Of a stretch of DNA of 43,101 bases, positions 1 to 8,784 are shown one piece after another; the first letter of the stretch is position 1, and every line of letters begins with the position of its first letter. The stretch is taken from assembly GCA_964466445.1 (NCBI GenBank), contig CAYXQT010000003.1, forward strand, positions 1 through 43,101, given 5' to 3'. Under the pieces are notes generated by a model. It ran no database searches, was not told the origin of the DNA, and saw only the letters and a list, made by a program, of their open reading frames with translations. Position numbers and translations under genes: made by a program. The DNA is from an uncultured Paraprevotella sp. GTDB lineage: Bacteria > Bacteroidota > Bacteroidia > Bacteroidales > Bacteroidaceae.

Positions 1-8
1 GGCAACGT

Positions 9-258
9 TCCCGCGTTGGATTCATGACGACCCCGCCCCTCTTTCATGCTTCGGGGAATTTCCCCCCCCCCGCATGAGGGCGGCACGGATGCGAAGCCCG
101 TCGCCCAAGGCGGTGCGGACAGCCTTCGCCCGCGCGGATGTTCCGCGATGGGGTAGGGCGGTGCTCCCGCGTTGGACTCATGACGACCCCGCCCCTCTTT
201 CATGCTTCGGGAAAATTCCCCTCCGCATGAGGGCGGCACGGATGCGAAGCCCGTCGCC
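9..258. repeat. Two ~95-bp direct repeats (9-105, 165-258), each with an internal hairpin; REP/BIME-like
   Basis: TCCCGCGTTGGA(T/C)TCATGACGACCCCGCCCCTCTTTCATGCTTCGGG...CGCATGAGGGCGGCACGGATGCGAAGCCCGTCGCC occurs twice with a period of ~155 bp. Confidence 0.9.
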
Positions 259-348
259 AAAAGACTCGGCGAAGTCATGCGAGCTTTTCGGGGGAAACGC
301 AGTCCGCGCGGGTTGGGACGGGATTTCTTCCCCGTCCGGTGCGGGCGT

Positions 349-801
349 TCACAGCGCGAGCAGCTGTTCGCCGTGCGTCTTGGTCTTGATTTCCTTCGGG
401 GAGAAAACCTTCTCGATTACCCCTTCCTCGTTGATGACAAAGGTAGTGCGGAAAGTCCCCATGTACTTGCGTCCGCACATGCTCTTCTCTCCCCACACGC
501 CCATCTCGTTGACCAACGATTTGTCCGTGTCGGCAATCAAGGTGAAAGGTAACCCGTTCTTCTCCTTGAACTTCCTGTGCGAGTCGGCGCTGTCCACGCT
601 CACGCCGATCACCTCGTACCCTTTGCCTTTCAGCGCGGAGTAGTTGTCGCGCAAGCTGCAGGCTTCCGCCGTGCAGCCCGGCGTGTTGTCCTTGGGATAG
701 AAATAAAGCGCCACTTTCCTCCCTCGGTAGTCGCTCAGCAGGACTTGCTCTCCCCGCTCGTCCGCGCCCAGGAACTCGGGCGCCTTGTCTCCTACGTTCA
801 T
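349..801 (-). CDS. bcp: Thioredoxin-dependent thiol peroxidase (BCP/PrxQ)
   Basis: LYFYPKDNTPGCTAEACSLRD motif (CxxxxC), GVSVDS, RTTFVI. Confidence 0.95.
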   Translation of the reverse strand: MNVGDKAPEFLGADERGEQVLLSDYRGRKVALYFYPKDNTPGCTAEACSLRDNYSALKGKGYEVIGVSVDSADSHRKFKEKNGLPFTLIADTDKSLVNEMGVWGEKSMCGRKYMGTFRTTFVINEEGVIEKVFSPKEIKTKTHGEQLLAL

Positions 802-837
802 GTCTTCTTTGTTTTCAGGTCGAACCCATCCTCGGTT

Positions 838-1524
838 CTAAGGTCGTGCGTCCCACGCACATTCGTCTATCGCGTAGTTCACGAAGTCGTTGAAAGGCTT
901 CATCAGCTCGAAGATCCCCGCCGCCCGTTCCAGCCAGTCCCCCGCGCGGAAGAAATCGTCCGGCACCCTATGGCACACGGAATAGTCCTTCGGCCTCACG
1001 TAGTCGGGATAAGGGAAATCCTTCGGGAAGCCTTTGGGGAGGGTCTTCAGGCGGGACTCGCCTATGACGGGAAACGCCGCCTTGAAGTCCGCCGCCTCCA
1101 CGATGGAACGGAACTCGTCCACCTCGTCCGCGACCGACCGCCGGACGGCCTTCAGCACCGGCGGGGGCAGGCACCACGCCCCGCCGGCCAGCATGCACCC
1201 GCCGGGCTGGAGGTGGAGGTAATAGCCGCCGTGCAGGGACTTCTTGCCGCCGGCGTTGACGTAGGCCCCGAAATGGAGCTTGTAGGGGGACTTGTCTTCC
1301 GAGAAGCGCGTGTCGCGGTAGAAGCGGTACGTGCAGTCCCTCACCGCGAGGTGCGCCACGCCGCCGTCGAACGCCGCGATGCGGTGGATGAGCGCCTGCA
1401 CCATCTCCTCGAAGTAGCCCCGCGCCTCCTCGTAACGCCCCTTGTGTCCCGCGAACCACTCCCGGTCGTTGTGCGCGGCCACGTCCCGCAGGAAATGCAG
1501 TATGCAATCTGTCTTTTCTTTCAT
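838..1524 (-). CDS. DUF2461 family protein
   Basis: HNDREWF, YRFYRDTRFSEDKSPYK, GYYLHLQPG, LKTLPKGF motifs. Confidence 0.9.
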   Translation of the reverse strand: MKEKTDCILHFLRDVAAHNDREWFAGHKGRYEEARGYFEEMVQALIHRIAAFDGGVAHLAVRDCTYRFYRDTRFSEDKSPYKLHFGAYVNAGGKKSLHGGYYLHLQPGGCMLAGGAWCLPPPVLKAVRRSVADEVDEFRSIVEAADFKAAFPVIGESRLKTLPKGFPKDFPYPDYVRPKDYSVCHRVPDDFFRAGDWLERAAGIFELMKPFNDFVNYAIDECAWDARP

Positions 1525-1546
1525 GTATGTACTCGTTTACACTCGC

Positions 1547-1554
1547 CAAAGGTA
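1547..1554 (-). promoter_or_regulatory. Bacteroidetes -7 promoter element for DUF2461-bcp
   Basis: TACCTTTG on the minus strand (TAnnTTTG consensus), 22 bp upstream of the ATG. Confidence 0.6.
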
Positions 1555-1662
1555 ATAAAAAGTCCGTAAGGAAAAACGGGCGGTGCGTCCCGTGCCCCTT
1601 CCGGGGCGGAAGCCGGCATGTCGCGCCCGCGGAAGCGGGGACGGCTTCCGCCCCCCCCGCAT

Positions 1663-2796
1663 TCAGGAAGCCGCCGTCCCGCCGGGCGGCCCGTTCCCCC
1701 GCTGTCCCGTCCTCTTCTTCAGATAGTCGTCCAGGCTCATGCCCTCCATGCGCCCGAAGCAGTTCCGGGCCGTCTTGCAGGAGCCGAAGCCCGCCCTCAC
1801 GCAGTCGTTCACCGTGCGTATCGTGCCTGCGGCCACGCCCCGCTTCAAGGCGTCGATGCGGTAAGAGTTGATGTAGTCGTGGCAGTTGTTGTAGCCCTGG
1901 CTCCGGAGGCACTGCAGCAGCAGATGCCGGTTGATGCCCGTGGCCTCGCACAGGCGGTCCCGCCCGAACGTGTTGTCCTGCCACTCGCGCCCGTGCTGCA
2001 TGAAGAACTCCACCCTTTCGAAGCGCCGCCGGTTGGCTTCGTTGAAGTCCTCCCTTTCGGCGCGCACGATGACCTCCTCCGTGGGAGCCTCGTCCACTTC
2101 CACGATTTCGGGCTTGGGCAGATGGACGGCCATGGTCTCCAGCGTCCGGTAGAACAGGTACATGTTCAGGAGGCAGAACAGGTAGAAATAGACCAGCAGC
2201 AGCGTGGCGTTGAACACGGCCGTCACCACGACGTAGAACGACATGTTCAGCCCCATGGCGGTCACGTAGCCTTTCAGGTAGCGCGGAATCTCCGCGTCCT
2301 TGACCAGCTGCCGGGGCAGGCGGAGTATGTTGGCCACGTAGTACACGGACAGGCCCAAGCTCGCCAGGCGGAACAGCATGTCCGGCCTCCACCAGCAACC
2401 CGCCAGTTCGGAGTAGGTATGCACGATGACGGGGCGGTTCCCCAGGAGAAGCCCGGCGGCGTACGACAGGATGAGGAGGATGGCGGGAGAGGCGTAACGC
2501 CACATCCGGCCCCATTGCAGGTAACCCGGCATGGGGATGCTCAGGGGGTAGATGCCTTGAAGGAAGCAGGTGCACACCAGGCACAGGAGCATGAAAGGAT
2601 GGAGCAGGCCGATGTTCTCGAACCTCAGCAGGGAGGTGAACGGGATGGCCGCGCAGCACAGCCCGCCGAATATGCCCATGACCCACGCCAAGGAAAGGTA
2701 CTGCACCTTGTACCGCGAGTACAGCGACAGGACGGAAGCCATCATCAGGTGGACGGTGGCGATGACGACTGTGGAGATGAGGACGAACGTCTGCAT
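1663..2796 (-). CDS. Multi-pass membrane protein with C-terminal AraC-type HTH (377 aa)
   Basis: Start reassigned to MQTFVLIS (ATG 2796) to avoid overlap with recO; ~7 hydrophobic segments; C-terminal LCEATGINR...YINSYRI...AGFGSCKTARNCF resembles the AraC double HTH. Confidence 0.8.
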   Translation of the reverse strand: MQTFVLISTVVIATVHLMMASVLSLYSRYKVQYLSLAWVMGIFGGLCCAAIPFTSLLRFENIGLLHPFMLLCLVCTCFLQGIYPLSIPMPGYLQWGRMWRYASPAILLILSYAAGLLLGNRPVIVHTYSELAGCWWRPDMLFRLASLGLSVYYVANILRLPRQLVKDAEIPRYLKGYVTAMGLNMSFYVVVTAVFNATLLLVYFYLFCLLNMYLFYRTLETMAVHLPKPEIVEVDEAPTEEVIVRAEREDFNEANRRRFERVEFFMQHGREWQDNTFGRDRLCEATGINRHLLLQCLRSQGYNNCHDYINSYRIDALKRGVAAGTIRTVNDCVRAGFGSCKTARNCFGRMEGMSLDDYLKKRTGQRGNGPPGGTAAS

Positions 2797-2822
2797 GCCG
2801 GCGAGTTGGTGAAGACGGGCGT

Positions 2823-3548
2823 TCAGGAGAAGACCTCCTTCAGCACCTCCGGGGATTTCAGCTCGGGAAATTCCGGGACGTGCAGGCGGTAGTAGTCGTT
2901 CAGCACCTCGACGTAACGCTCCCGCTGCCTGCGGCTCATCGCGAAAAGGCGCATGGTGTCGTAGTTCATCCGCATGAAGACCGGAATGGCCGCCGCCTCC
3001 TCCGGCTCGAGGTAGGAGGGATGGGAGGGGCGGCGAGGCACGAAGCAGGCGTTCGCCATGTCGAAGTAATCCCCCTCGTGCCACGCCTCCACGTTGGGGT
3101 AGAAGCCGAGGAAGCGCGTCAGGCGCGTGATGAACACCAAGTGGAAGTTGGAAAAGGCGCGCTCGCTGGCGTCCAGCCACTGCAGGGAATAATATATATA
3201 GGAGAAGAGAGGCTCGCCCCCAGCCTCGTGCCTCAGTGCACGGTGCAGGAACTCGGCGAGGAACAGGGCGATGGAAGACTTGTACGGGTCGTAGGGCAAC
3301 GAGCGGTAGGCGTAGCCGAACCGCACGTCGCGCATCCGCTGCAAGGCGCGCTTCTGGCGGTAGTCGAAATCCATCTCCAAGATGGAAAGGGGGCGGAAGA
3401 ACACGCTCCTGACCCCCGCCCTCCGCGACCGCGGCAACCTCACCATGAAAGGCACCGTACCCCGCTCGGCGGTGAAGATGTCCACAATCAGGGAATTGTC
3501 GTCGTATTTCAGCGCGTGCAACACCACGCCCCGCGTCTTCTTCTGCAT
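2823..3548 (-). CDS. recO: DNA repair protein RecO
   Basis: MQKKTRGVVLHALKYDDNSLIVDIFT N-terminus, LTRFLGFYP, YYRLHVPEF; start reassigned to ATG 3548. Confidence 0.93.
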   Translation of the reverse strand: MQKKTRGVVLHALKYDDNSLIVDIFTAERGTVPFMVRLPRSRRAGVRSVFFRPLSILEMDFDYRQKRALQRMRDVRFGYAYRSLPYDPYKSSIALFLAEFLHRALRHEAGGEPLFSYIYYSLQWLDASERAFSNFHLVFITRLTRFLGFYPNVEAWHEGDYFDMANACFVPRRPSHPSYLEPEEAAAIPVFMRMNYDTMRLFAMSRRQRERYVEVLNDYYRLHVPEFPELKSPEVLKEVFS

Positions 3549-3646
3549 CGTGCCTCCGTTTTCAGGATTAAAGTTAGGAAAAAACGACGGAACGCGGAAA
3601 GAAATCGCCGAAAACGCGTTTTTTTGAAAGATTTTCCCCGATTTGT

Positions 3647-3677
3647 TTTGCAGGTTCGAAGAAAAGCGATACTTTCG
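3647..3677 (+). promoter_or_regulatory. Promoter for tRNA-Glu/rpsT
   Basis: TTTG (3647-50), 19 bp, TACTTTCG (3670-77; one mismatch to TAnnTTTG). Confidence 0.55.
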
Positions 3678-3754
3678 CATCGCCAACGGAATGCGGCGAG
3701 CCACGGGCGCAAGCCGCTTCCCGCAAGCAGGGGAGAGGAAGCTCCGGGCGTGCC

Positions 3755-3829
3755 GGTCCCTTCGTCTATCGGTTAGGACGAGAGATTTTCATTCTCTAAA
3801 GAGGAGTTCGACTCTCCTAGGGACTACCA
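3755..3829 (+). tRNA. tRNA-Glu(TTC)
   Basis: Acceptor GGTCCCT/AGGGACT, anticodon arm AGAGA-TT TTC AT-TCTCT, T-loop TTCGACT, encoded CCA. Confidence 0.96.
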
Positions 3830-3856
3830 ACTTGAACGAATTTTGAACGCGAGAAT

Positions 3857-4111
3857 ATGGCAAACCACAAATCAGCACTGAAAAGGATACGCCAGTCCGA
3901 GAAAAGAAGACTCCACAACAGGTATTACGCCAAGACCATGCGCAACGCCGTCCGCAAGCTGCGCGCCACGACGGACAAGGCCGAGGCGGAGGAAATGTTC
4001 CCCCGCGTGCAGAAGATGCTGGACAAGCTGGCGAAAGTGAACATCATCCACAAGAACAAGGCCGCCAACCTGAAGTCCAAGCTGGCCGTTCACATCAACG
4101 GGTTGGGATAA
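3857..4111 (+). CDS. rpsT: 30S ribosomal protein S20
   Basis: [13 protein letters not shown]...[13 protein letters not shown]. Confidence 0.98.
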   Translation: MANHKSALKRIRQSEKRRLHNRYYAKTMRNAVRKLRATTDKAEAEEMFPRVQKMLDKLAKVNIIHKNKAANLKSKLAVHINGLG

Positions 4112-4172
4112 GCGGCACGACTCCGGGAAAGCAGGCAGTTCGACACTTCCCGACGCTCTCCCGGGCGGACTG

Positions 4173-4200
4173 AAGCTCGGCGGAACGCCGGGCTTTTTTT
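4173..4200 (+). terminator. Intrinsic terminator after rpsT
   Basis: AAGCTCGGCG-GAA-CGCCGGGCTT stem ending in a T7 run. Confidence 0.8.
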
Positions 4201-4223
4201 CGGACGGGCACGCCACATCCGCC

Positions 4224-4290
4224 TTTGGTTAAAATTTTGGTTAAATTTTATTAAGGGCGATTGGATGTGACGAGAAAAATGTTAGTTTTG
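4224..4290 (+). promoter_or_regulatory. Promoter region of the surface-lipoprotein locus with an upstream direct repeat
   Basis: TAGTTTTG -7 element (4283-90); TTTGGTTAAA repeated at 4224 and 4236. Confidence 0.6.
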
Positions 4291-4447
4291 CACATCAATA
4301 GGTCGGCGACGGGCAAACGGCGGATTCCGCCGCCCCCGAGCGGGCCGATGGAAAGGAATGGATGAAAGCCGGCCGCGGCCGGTCTCGGATACTTGCTTAT
4401 TGAGAGAAAAGAACAGAGTATTAATGTGTTTTTTAAATTTATGTAGT

Positions 4448-7400
4448 ATGAGAAAAGAGTTTATGAACGTGGCTCTGATCGGTGCGCTTCTGGTCGCATC
4501 GACGAGCGTGATTCCGTCTTGCGACGACTACGATGACGACATCGCCAACCTGCAAGGGCAGATTGATGCGCAAAAGGGGTCGTTTGGAGAGACGGACAAG
4601 GAGTTGAAGGATGCCCTGACGCAGGTGCAGACTGACTTGACGCAGGCGCAGACTGACTTGAAGCAAGCGCAGGCTGACTTGACGCAGGCGCAGGCTGACT
4701 TGAAGCAGGCGCAGGCTGACATCGCAAGCGCAAAGGATGAGGCTTCCAAGGCCGCCGCCGAAGCCAAGGCAGAGGCCGCACAAGCCAAGCTTGATGCCGC
4801 AAACGCCGCACAAGTCGCCGCACAAGCCGCACAAGCCGCCGCAACGGCGAAGGAAGAGGCCATCAAGGAAGCCCAACGCCTCGTGGATGAATTGAAGGCT
4901 CAAATCCCCGATGTCTCCAAGTTCTTGACCGAAGCCAGTTTGGATGATTATGCCAAGCTCACTTACGTGGATGCCCAAGTCAAGGCCGTGACGGAGGGTT
5001 TGGATGCCGCTACCGGAAGGCTGACGGAAATCGAAAAAGTGATGGAAGACATCGGACTTACGCCCGAAGCCCGCGAGGCATTGAAGAGCTTGGGCGGCAT
5101 CCAGAACGTGCTGGCGCAACTGAACACCCAGCAGGAAGCCATCGACAACTTCACCAAGCAGTTGGGAGATCTGGACACGAAAGTGGACGACAACCTGAAG
5201 GCAAGCCTTGACTCCGCCGATAAGTGGGTTGAGGGCTTGCGTGCCGAATACACGAAGGTTCTGGAAAATTATGTGCAGAAAAGCGACTTGACGACCACAT
5301 TGGGCGACTATTACACCAAGAAGGAAGTGGACAGTCTGCTTGATGTCGTAAACGGGAGCATCGCCAGTCTGAGTACAGACTTACAAGGATCACTTGATAA
5401 GGTGAACACGGACTTGGGCACAAGGATTGACGATCTGAACACAGAGCTGACCGATAAGATAAACGAGGACATCAAGAGCGTCGAGGATAAGGTAGGCAAG
5501 GTTAATGCCAACCTGATTACCGTGCTGGGCAAGACCTTGCGCGGACTGGTGTTCTATCCCGAACTGTACGTGGGCGGCATCGAGTCGTTCGAGTACGGCT
5601 ACCTGTATTACGGGCATTTCAAGCTCCAGGGAAGACCGGAAGACACGATCAACTACGACGGGAAAAACAGCAAGTTCACCGTAGCGAATTCCCTTTACGT
5701 TCCTAACGGCACTGACTCCCTTACCTACAATCCTACCGACACGATTGTGTACCATCTGAACCCGTCGACCGCCTCGTTGGAAGGATGCGAGTTGAACTTC
5801 ATTTCGAGAGAAGTGGATGTGGTTAGCCGTGCCAAGGGCGACGGAACAGCCGCCAATCTTCAAATCGTGGAAGGCTTCAAGGTAGAAGACGGCAAGGTGA
5901 AAGTTCCCATGAAGGCCGACGGCCCCAAGATTCTGACCAACTATGCGGCAAAGCTGACTGACGAAGGCAACGGGTCGGCAGGCGACATCTTCGCCCTCCA
6001 AGCCAAAGTCCCGGCAGCCAACAAGGAGGAGAATGACACGGTCATCACCTCCGACTACGCCATGCTCTACGGCTCCAAGGTTATTCCTCAAGCCATAGCG
6101 TTCTCCAAGAAGAAGTTCGAGAATTTCGACTACGACGAGAGCGCGGACACGACGGGCGCGGGCATAGCATGCACCGGGAAGAATAAACTGTACCGTGAAC
6201 TGCTCAAGTGGCCCAAGAAAGCCGTGGCCAAAAAATGGGCGATTACCCTGAACTTCGACGACGAGACGGGCTTCGACCTTAAGGACATCCTCTGCATCCA
6301 CTACAAGTGGGAGACCGATACCAAGAACTACGGCGACCACCTCGCGTGGGCTTACGGCGAGGAGGCTCAGTACGGCTTGAAGTACAACTATGAGCTCGTG
6401 AAATATACGGTCGAGGGCTACACGAAAGGCGAACATGAGTACGCCACGGTGGACGCAGACGGAATCGTCAAGCCCAATAAGGTGGGCGACCGCACGACCA
6501 TAGGCCACGAACCGCTGGTTCTCGTGACCGTTCAGGACGAGAAGAAGAATGTCGTGCTCTACGGCTACGTCAAGGTGAGGATAGTCGACAACAAGAACAA
6601 GGTGATGGATCCGATTGCGAAGAAGGACACTGTGGAAGACTGCAGCGGTGACAGCGTGAAAATCGACTGGACTCCCGTTCCGGCGGAGGTTCTGGCCAAG
6701 CTGAACATGACCGACGCGGAATTCAAGGAGACGTATGAACTCGAATTGGGTGAGGACGGCTCCGCAACGCAGTGGGAACCCGCGGGCTCTCCCGTGACCG
6801 ATGCCACTCATTTCAACGGTCTTACGCCTAACCTGTACTGGGGTACAGTGAAAGAAAACAAAGACAAAGACCTGGTATGGTCGATGGACGCTTGCACACA
6901 GCAGAAGGTTTACGAGAGAGAAACCCCGGTAGCGCACTCCAAGACCATCTATGTCCGTTACAAGAGGAAAGGCGAACAGAAGGTGGATTTCGCGGTTTAC
7001 GTGCCCTTGACGCTGACCATCAGCCGCGACAAGTACGCGATTGAGTCGTTTGAAGGGTACTACGACATAAATCCCACGGTTTGGGGCTGGAATCCCGACG
7101 ACAAGATTTGTAAGAAGCCGGACGTGGAGGGCAATCCCGGCATGAACGTGGAAGTACCGGGCACGAAAGTGGATGCTTCCCCCGACACATGCGACACTTA
7201 CAGTCAGCACTTCATGGATGTCTTCATGGGCGCGAAGTTGGATAAACTTCCCGCGTATGCAGAGGGCGACACCGTCTTGTACTTCATCGGCGGTTACACC
7301 ATTCCGAAGCCGAATGGAGGAGAGTGGAAGATTGTCGTCAAGGAGAATATGGCATACAGTCAATGCACTAACAAGCAAGTACCTGCGCCGACGAACGAGG

Positions 7401-8149
7401 ATGCCCAAAGTGCGCATGAATATCCTCTTACCAAGGATGCGGGCGTGTACGTGGACACGTTAGTTTATATTGATCAGGAAGATGACAACCACCTGCTTGC
7501 TACGATTGATCCCGATACGAAGACAATCAAGTATGCCACGACCGAGGCGGCGAAAGAGTTGCTCAATGCCTACGGCACTACCGACAAGAGAGAGCCCAAG
7601 GCGTTCCTGAGAGTCGGCGTGGCGTTGACGACGGGGTGCGGTACCATCCTGCCTGTGACGGACAATTGGTTCGACGACTACATTCTCCGTCCGGTCAACG
7701 TGGTGCCCGTGGAAGGGAAGTACTTCACGGATGCTCTGGACAACGGTTCCCCTCTGAACGTGGCGGACCTCATCGACTTGAGCGACTGGCGTAATAACGG
7801 CAACTTTAGCCAGCATCTTAACTACTACCACTTCTATGGTGTTGATACCATCAAGATAGTCAACGACCCCAAGCAGATCCTGACCAACATCGATGGAGAA
7901 GACCCGTGGAAGTCGCTTGCAGAGACTGCTCCCAACACTGTGTTGGAGTACACGGAGGGAACCAACAACTTCTCTTCGCTGTCGTCAATGGCTGACCTTA
8001 CGGCGGCAATGGGTAAGATTACTTTGATGAACAACGGCACTCCTATCCTGAGTGAGTACAAGATGAGACTCCCTGTCATCGTCAAATACGGCTGGGGTAC
8101 AGTGAACGCGTTCATTGAGGTAACGGTTAAACCTAACAGGGGTTATTAA
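4448..8149 (+). CDS. Large surface lipoprotein with coiled-coil stalk (DUF4988/S-layer-like), 1233 aa
   Basis: Start MRKEFMNVALIGALLVASTSVIPSC (signal peptidase II Cys) followed by acidic DDYDDD; ~330 aa of heptad repeats, then beta-rich domains. Confidence 0.8.
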   Translation: MRKEFMNVALIGALLVASTSVIPSCDDYDDDIANLQGQIDAQKGSFGETDKELKDALTQVQTDLTQAQTDLKQAQADLTQAQADLKQAQADIASAKDEASKAAAEAKAEAAQAKLDAANAAQVAAQAAQAAATAKEEAIKEAQRLVDELKAQIPDVSKFLTEASLDDYAKLTYVDAQVKAVTEGLDAATGRLTEIEKVMEDIGLTPEAREALKSLGGIQNVLAQLNTQQEAIDNFTKQLGDLDTKVDDNLKASLDSADKWVEGLRAEYTKVLENYVQKSDLTTTLGDYYTKKEVDSLLDVVNGSIASLSTDLQGSLDKVNTDLGTRIDDLNTELTDKINEDIKSVEDKVGKVNANLITVLGKTLRGLVFYPELYVGGIESFEYGYLYYGHFKLQGRPEDTINYDGKNSKFTVANSLYVPNGTDSLTYNPTDTIVYHLNPSTASLEGCELNFISREVDVVSRAKGDGTAANLQIVEGFKVEDGKVKVPMKADGPKILTNYAAKLTDEGNGSAGDIFALQAKVPAANKEENDTVITSDYAMLYGSKVIPQAIAFSKKKFENFDYDESADTTGAGIACTGKNKLYRELLKWPKKAVAKKWAITLNFDDETGFDLKDILCIHYKWETDTKNYGDHLAWAYGEEAQYGLKYNYELVKYTVEGYTKGEHEYATVDADGIVKPNKVGDRTTIGHEPLVLVTVQDEKKNVVLYGYVKVRIVDNKNKVMDPIAKKDTVEDCSGDSVKIDWTPVPAEVLAKLNMTDAEFKETYELELGEDGSATQWEPAGSPVTDATHFNGLTPNLYWGTVKENKDKDLVWSMDACTQQKVYERETPVAHSKTIYVRYKRKGEQKVDFAVYVPLTLTISRDKYAIESFEGYYDINPTVWGWNPDDKICKKPDVEGNPGMNVEVPGTKVDASPDTCDTYSQHFMDVFMGAKLDKLPAYAEGDTVLYFIGGYTIPKPNGGEWKIVVKENMAYSQCTNKQVPAPTNEDAQSAHEYPLTKDAGVYVDTLVYIDQEDDNHLLATIDPDTKTIKYATTEAAKELLNAYGTTDKREPKAFLRVGVALTTGCGTILPVTDNWFDDYILRPVNVVPVEGKYFTDALDNGSPLNVADLIDLSDWRNNGNFSQHLNYYHFYGVDTIKIVNDPKQILTNIDGEDPWKSLAETAPNTVLEYTEGTNNFSSLSSMADLTAAMGKITLMNNGTPILSEYKMRLPVIVKYGWGTVNAFIEVTVKPNRGY
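4616..4720 (+). repeat. 5 x 21-bp in-frame tandem repeat encoding heptads
   Basis: LTQVQTD LTQAQTD LKQAQAD LTQAQAD LKQAQAD; near-identical 21-bp DNA units such as TTGACGCAGGCGCAGGCTGAC. Confidence 0.92.
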
Positions 8150-8190
8150 AAGTCGGGAATTTCCCCGTTAGTGTTGGAAATGGCAAATGT

Positions 8191-8228
8191 GAGAGGTGTG
8201 CTTTTCTGAAAGGGGAAGCGCACCTCTC
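8191..8228 (+). other. Intercistronic 17-bp stem with GAAA tetraloop
   Basis: GAGAGGTGTGCTTTTCT-GAAA-GGGGAAGCGCACCTCTC (with G-U pairs); no clear U-tract. Confidence 0.7.
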
Positions 8229-8258
8229 CTTGATTTGAAGAGAAGGAGCATTGAAGCC

Positions 8259-8753
8259 ATGAGAAGTAAGATTTGGGTCGCGGCGGCCCTGCTCGGCACC
8301 GCCTTCGCGTTAGGTGCCTGCAACGGGCGGAAGTCCGGGGAGACGATGACGGAAGCGGAGCGGTTCAAGAGCGGGCTGACTGCCGACGACACCACGCAGA
8401 TGCTGAAAATCTGCAACGATTGCATGGACACGCTGAAAGCCGGACGGGTGGAGGAGGCCCTGAAGGTCATCTACGCGGCGGACAGCGTGAAAGGAGCGGT
8501 GCCGCTCACGCCCGAACAGAAGCAGGAGCTAAGGAACACGTTCCGCTTGTTTCCCGTCATCGACTACCGGATGGTCAGTTTCACGTTCAACACCTCCGGC
8601 CTGAACGATGTGAAGTACGAGATAAAGTTCTTCGAGAAGGAGGAGGGAGACCCTACTCCCAACATGACAGCCTTCATGTTCAACCCCGTGAAGCATGACG
8701 GGAAATGGTATCTGACGGTGAAGCAGTCCAACCAGGAAGTGCTGGACAGGTGA
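8259..8753 (+). CDS. Small lipoprotein of unknown function (164 aa)
   Basis: MRSKIWVAAALLGTAFALGAC lipobox; C-terminal FNPVKHDGKWYLTVK; lies between the large lipoprotein and OmpA. Confidence 0.85.
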   Translation: MRSKIWVAAALLGTAFALGACNGRKSGETMTEAERFKSGLTADDTTQMLKICNDCMDTLKAGRVEEALKVIYAADSVKGAVPLTPEQKQELRNTFRLFPVIDYRMVSFTFNTSGLNDVKYEIKFFEKEEGDPTPNMTAFMFNPVKHDGKWYLTVKQSNQEVLDR

Positions 8754-8784
8754 AGTATCCCGAACTTGTAAAAACGACGACATC

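Noticed and set aside
74-643. 189-aa plus-strand ORF with a repeated MRAARMRSPSPK
   Set aside because: Translation of the DNA tandem repeat plus the antisense of bcp.
4112-4170. Decayed second tRNA after rpsT (AGTTCGAC T-loop-like word)
   Set aside because: No pairing T-stem or cloverleaf can be built.
4214-4299. Invertible promoter for the lipoprotein locus (CACATCC/GGATGTG; ATTGGATGTG/CACATCAAT)
   Set aside because: Repeats are 7-10 bp, imperfect and too closely spaced to define a typical invertible promoter segment.
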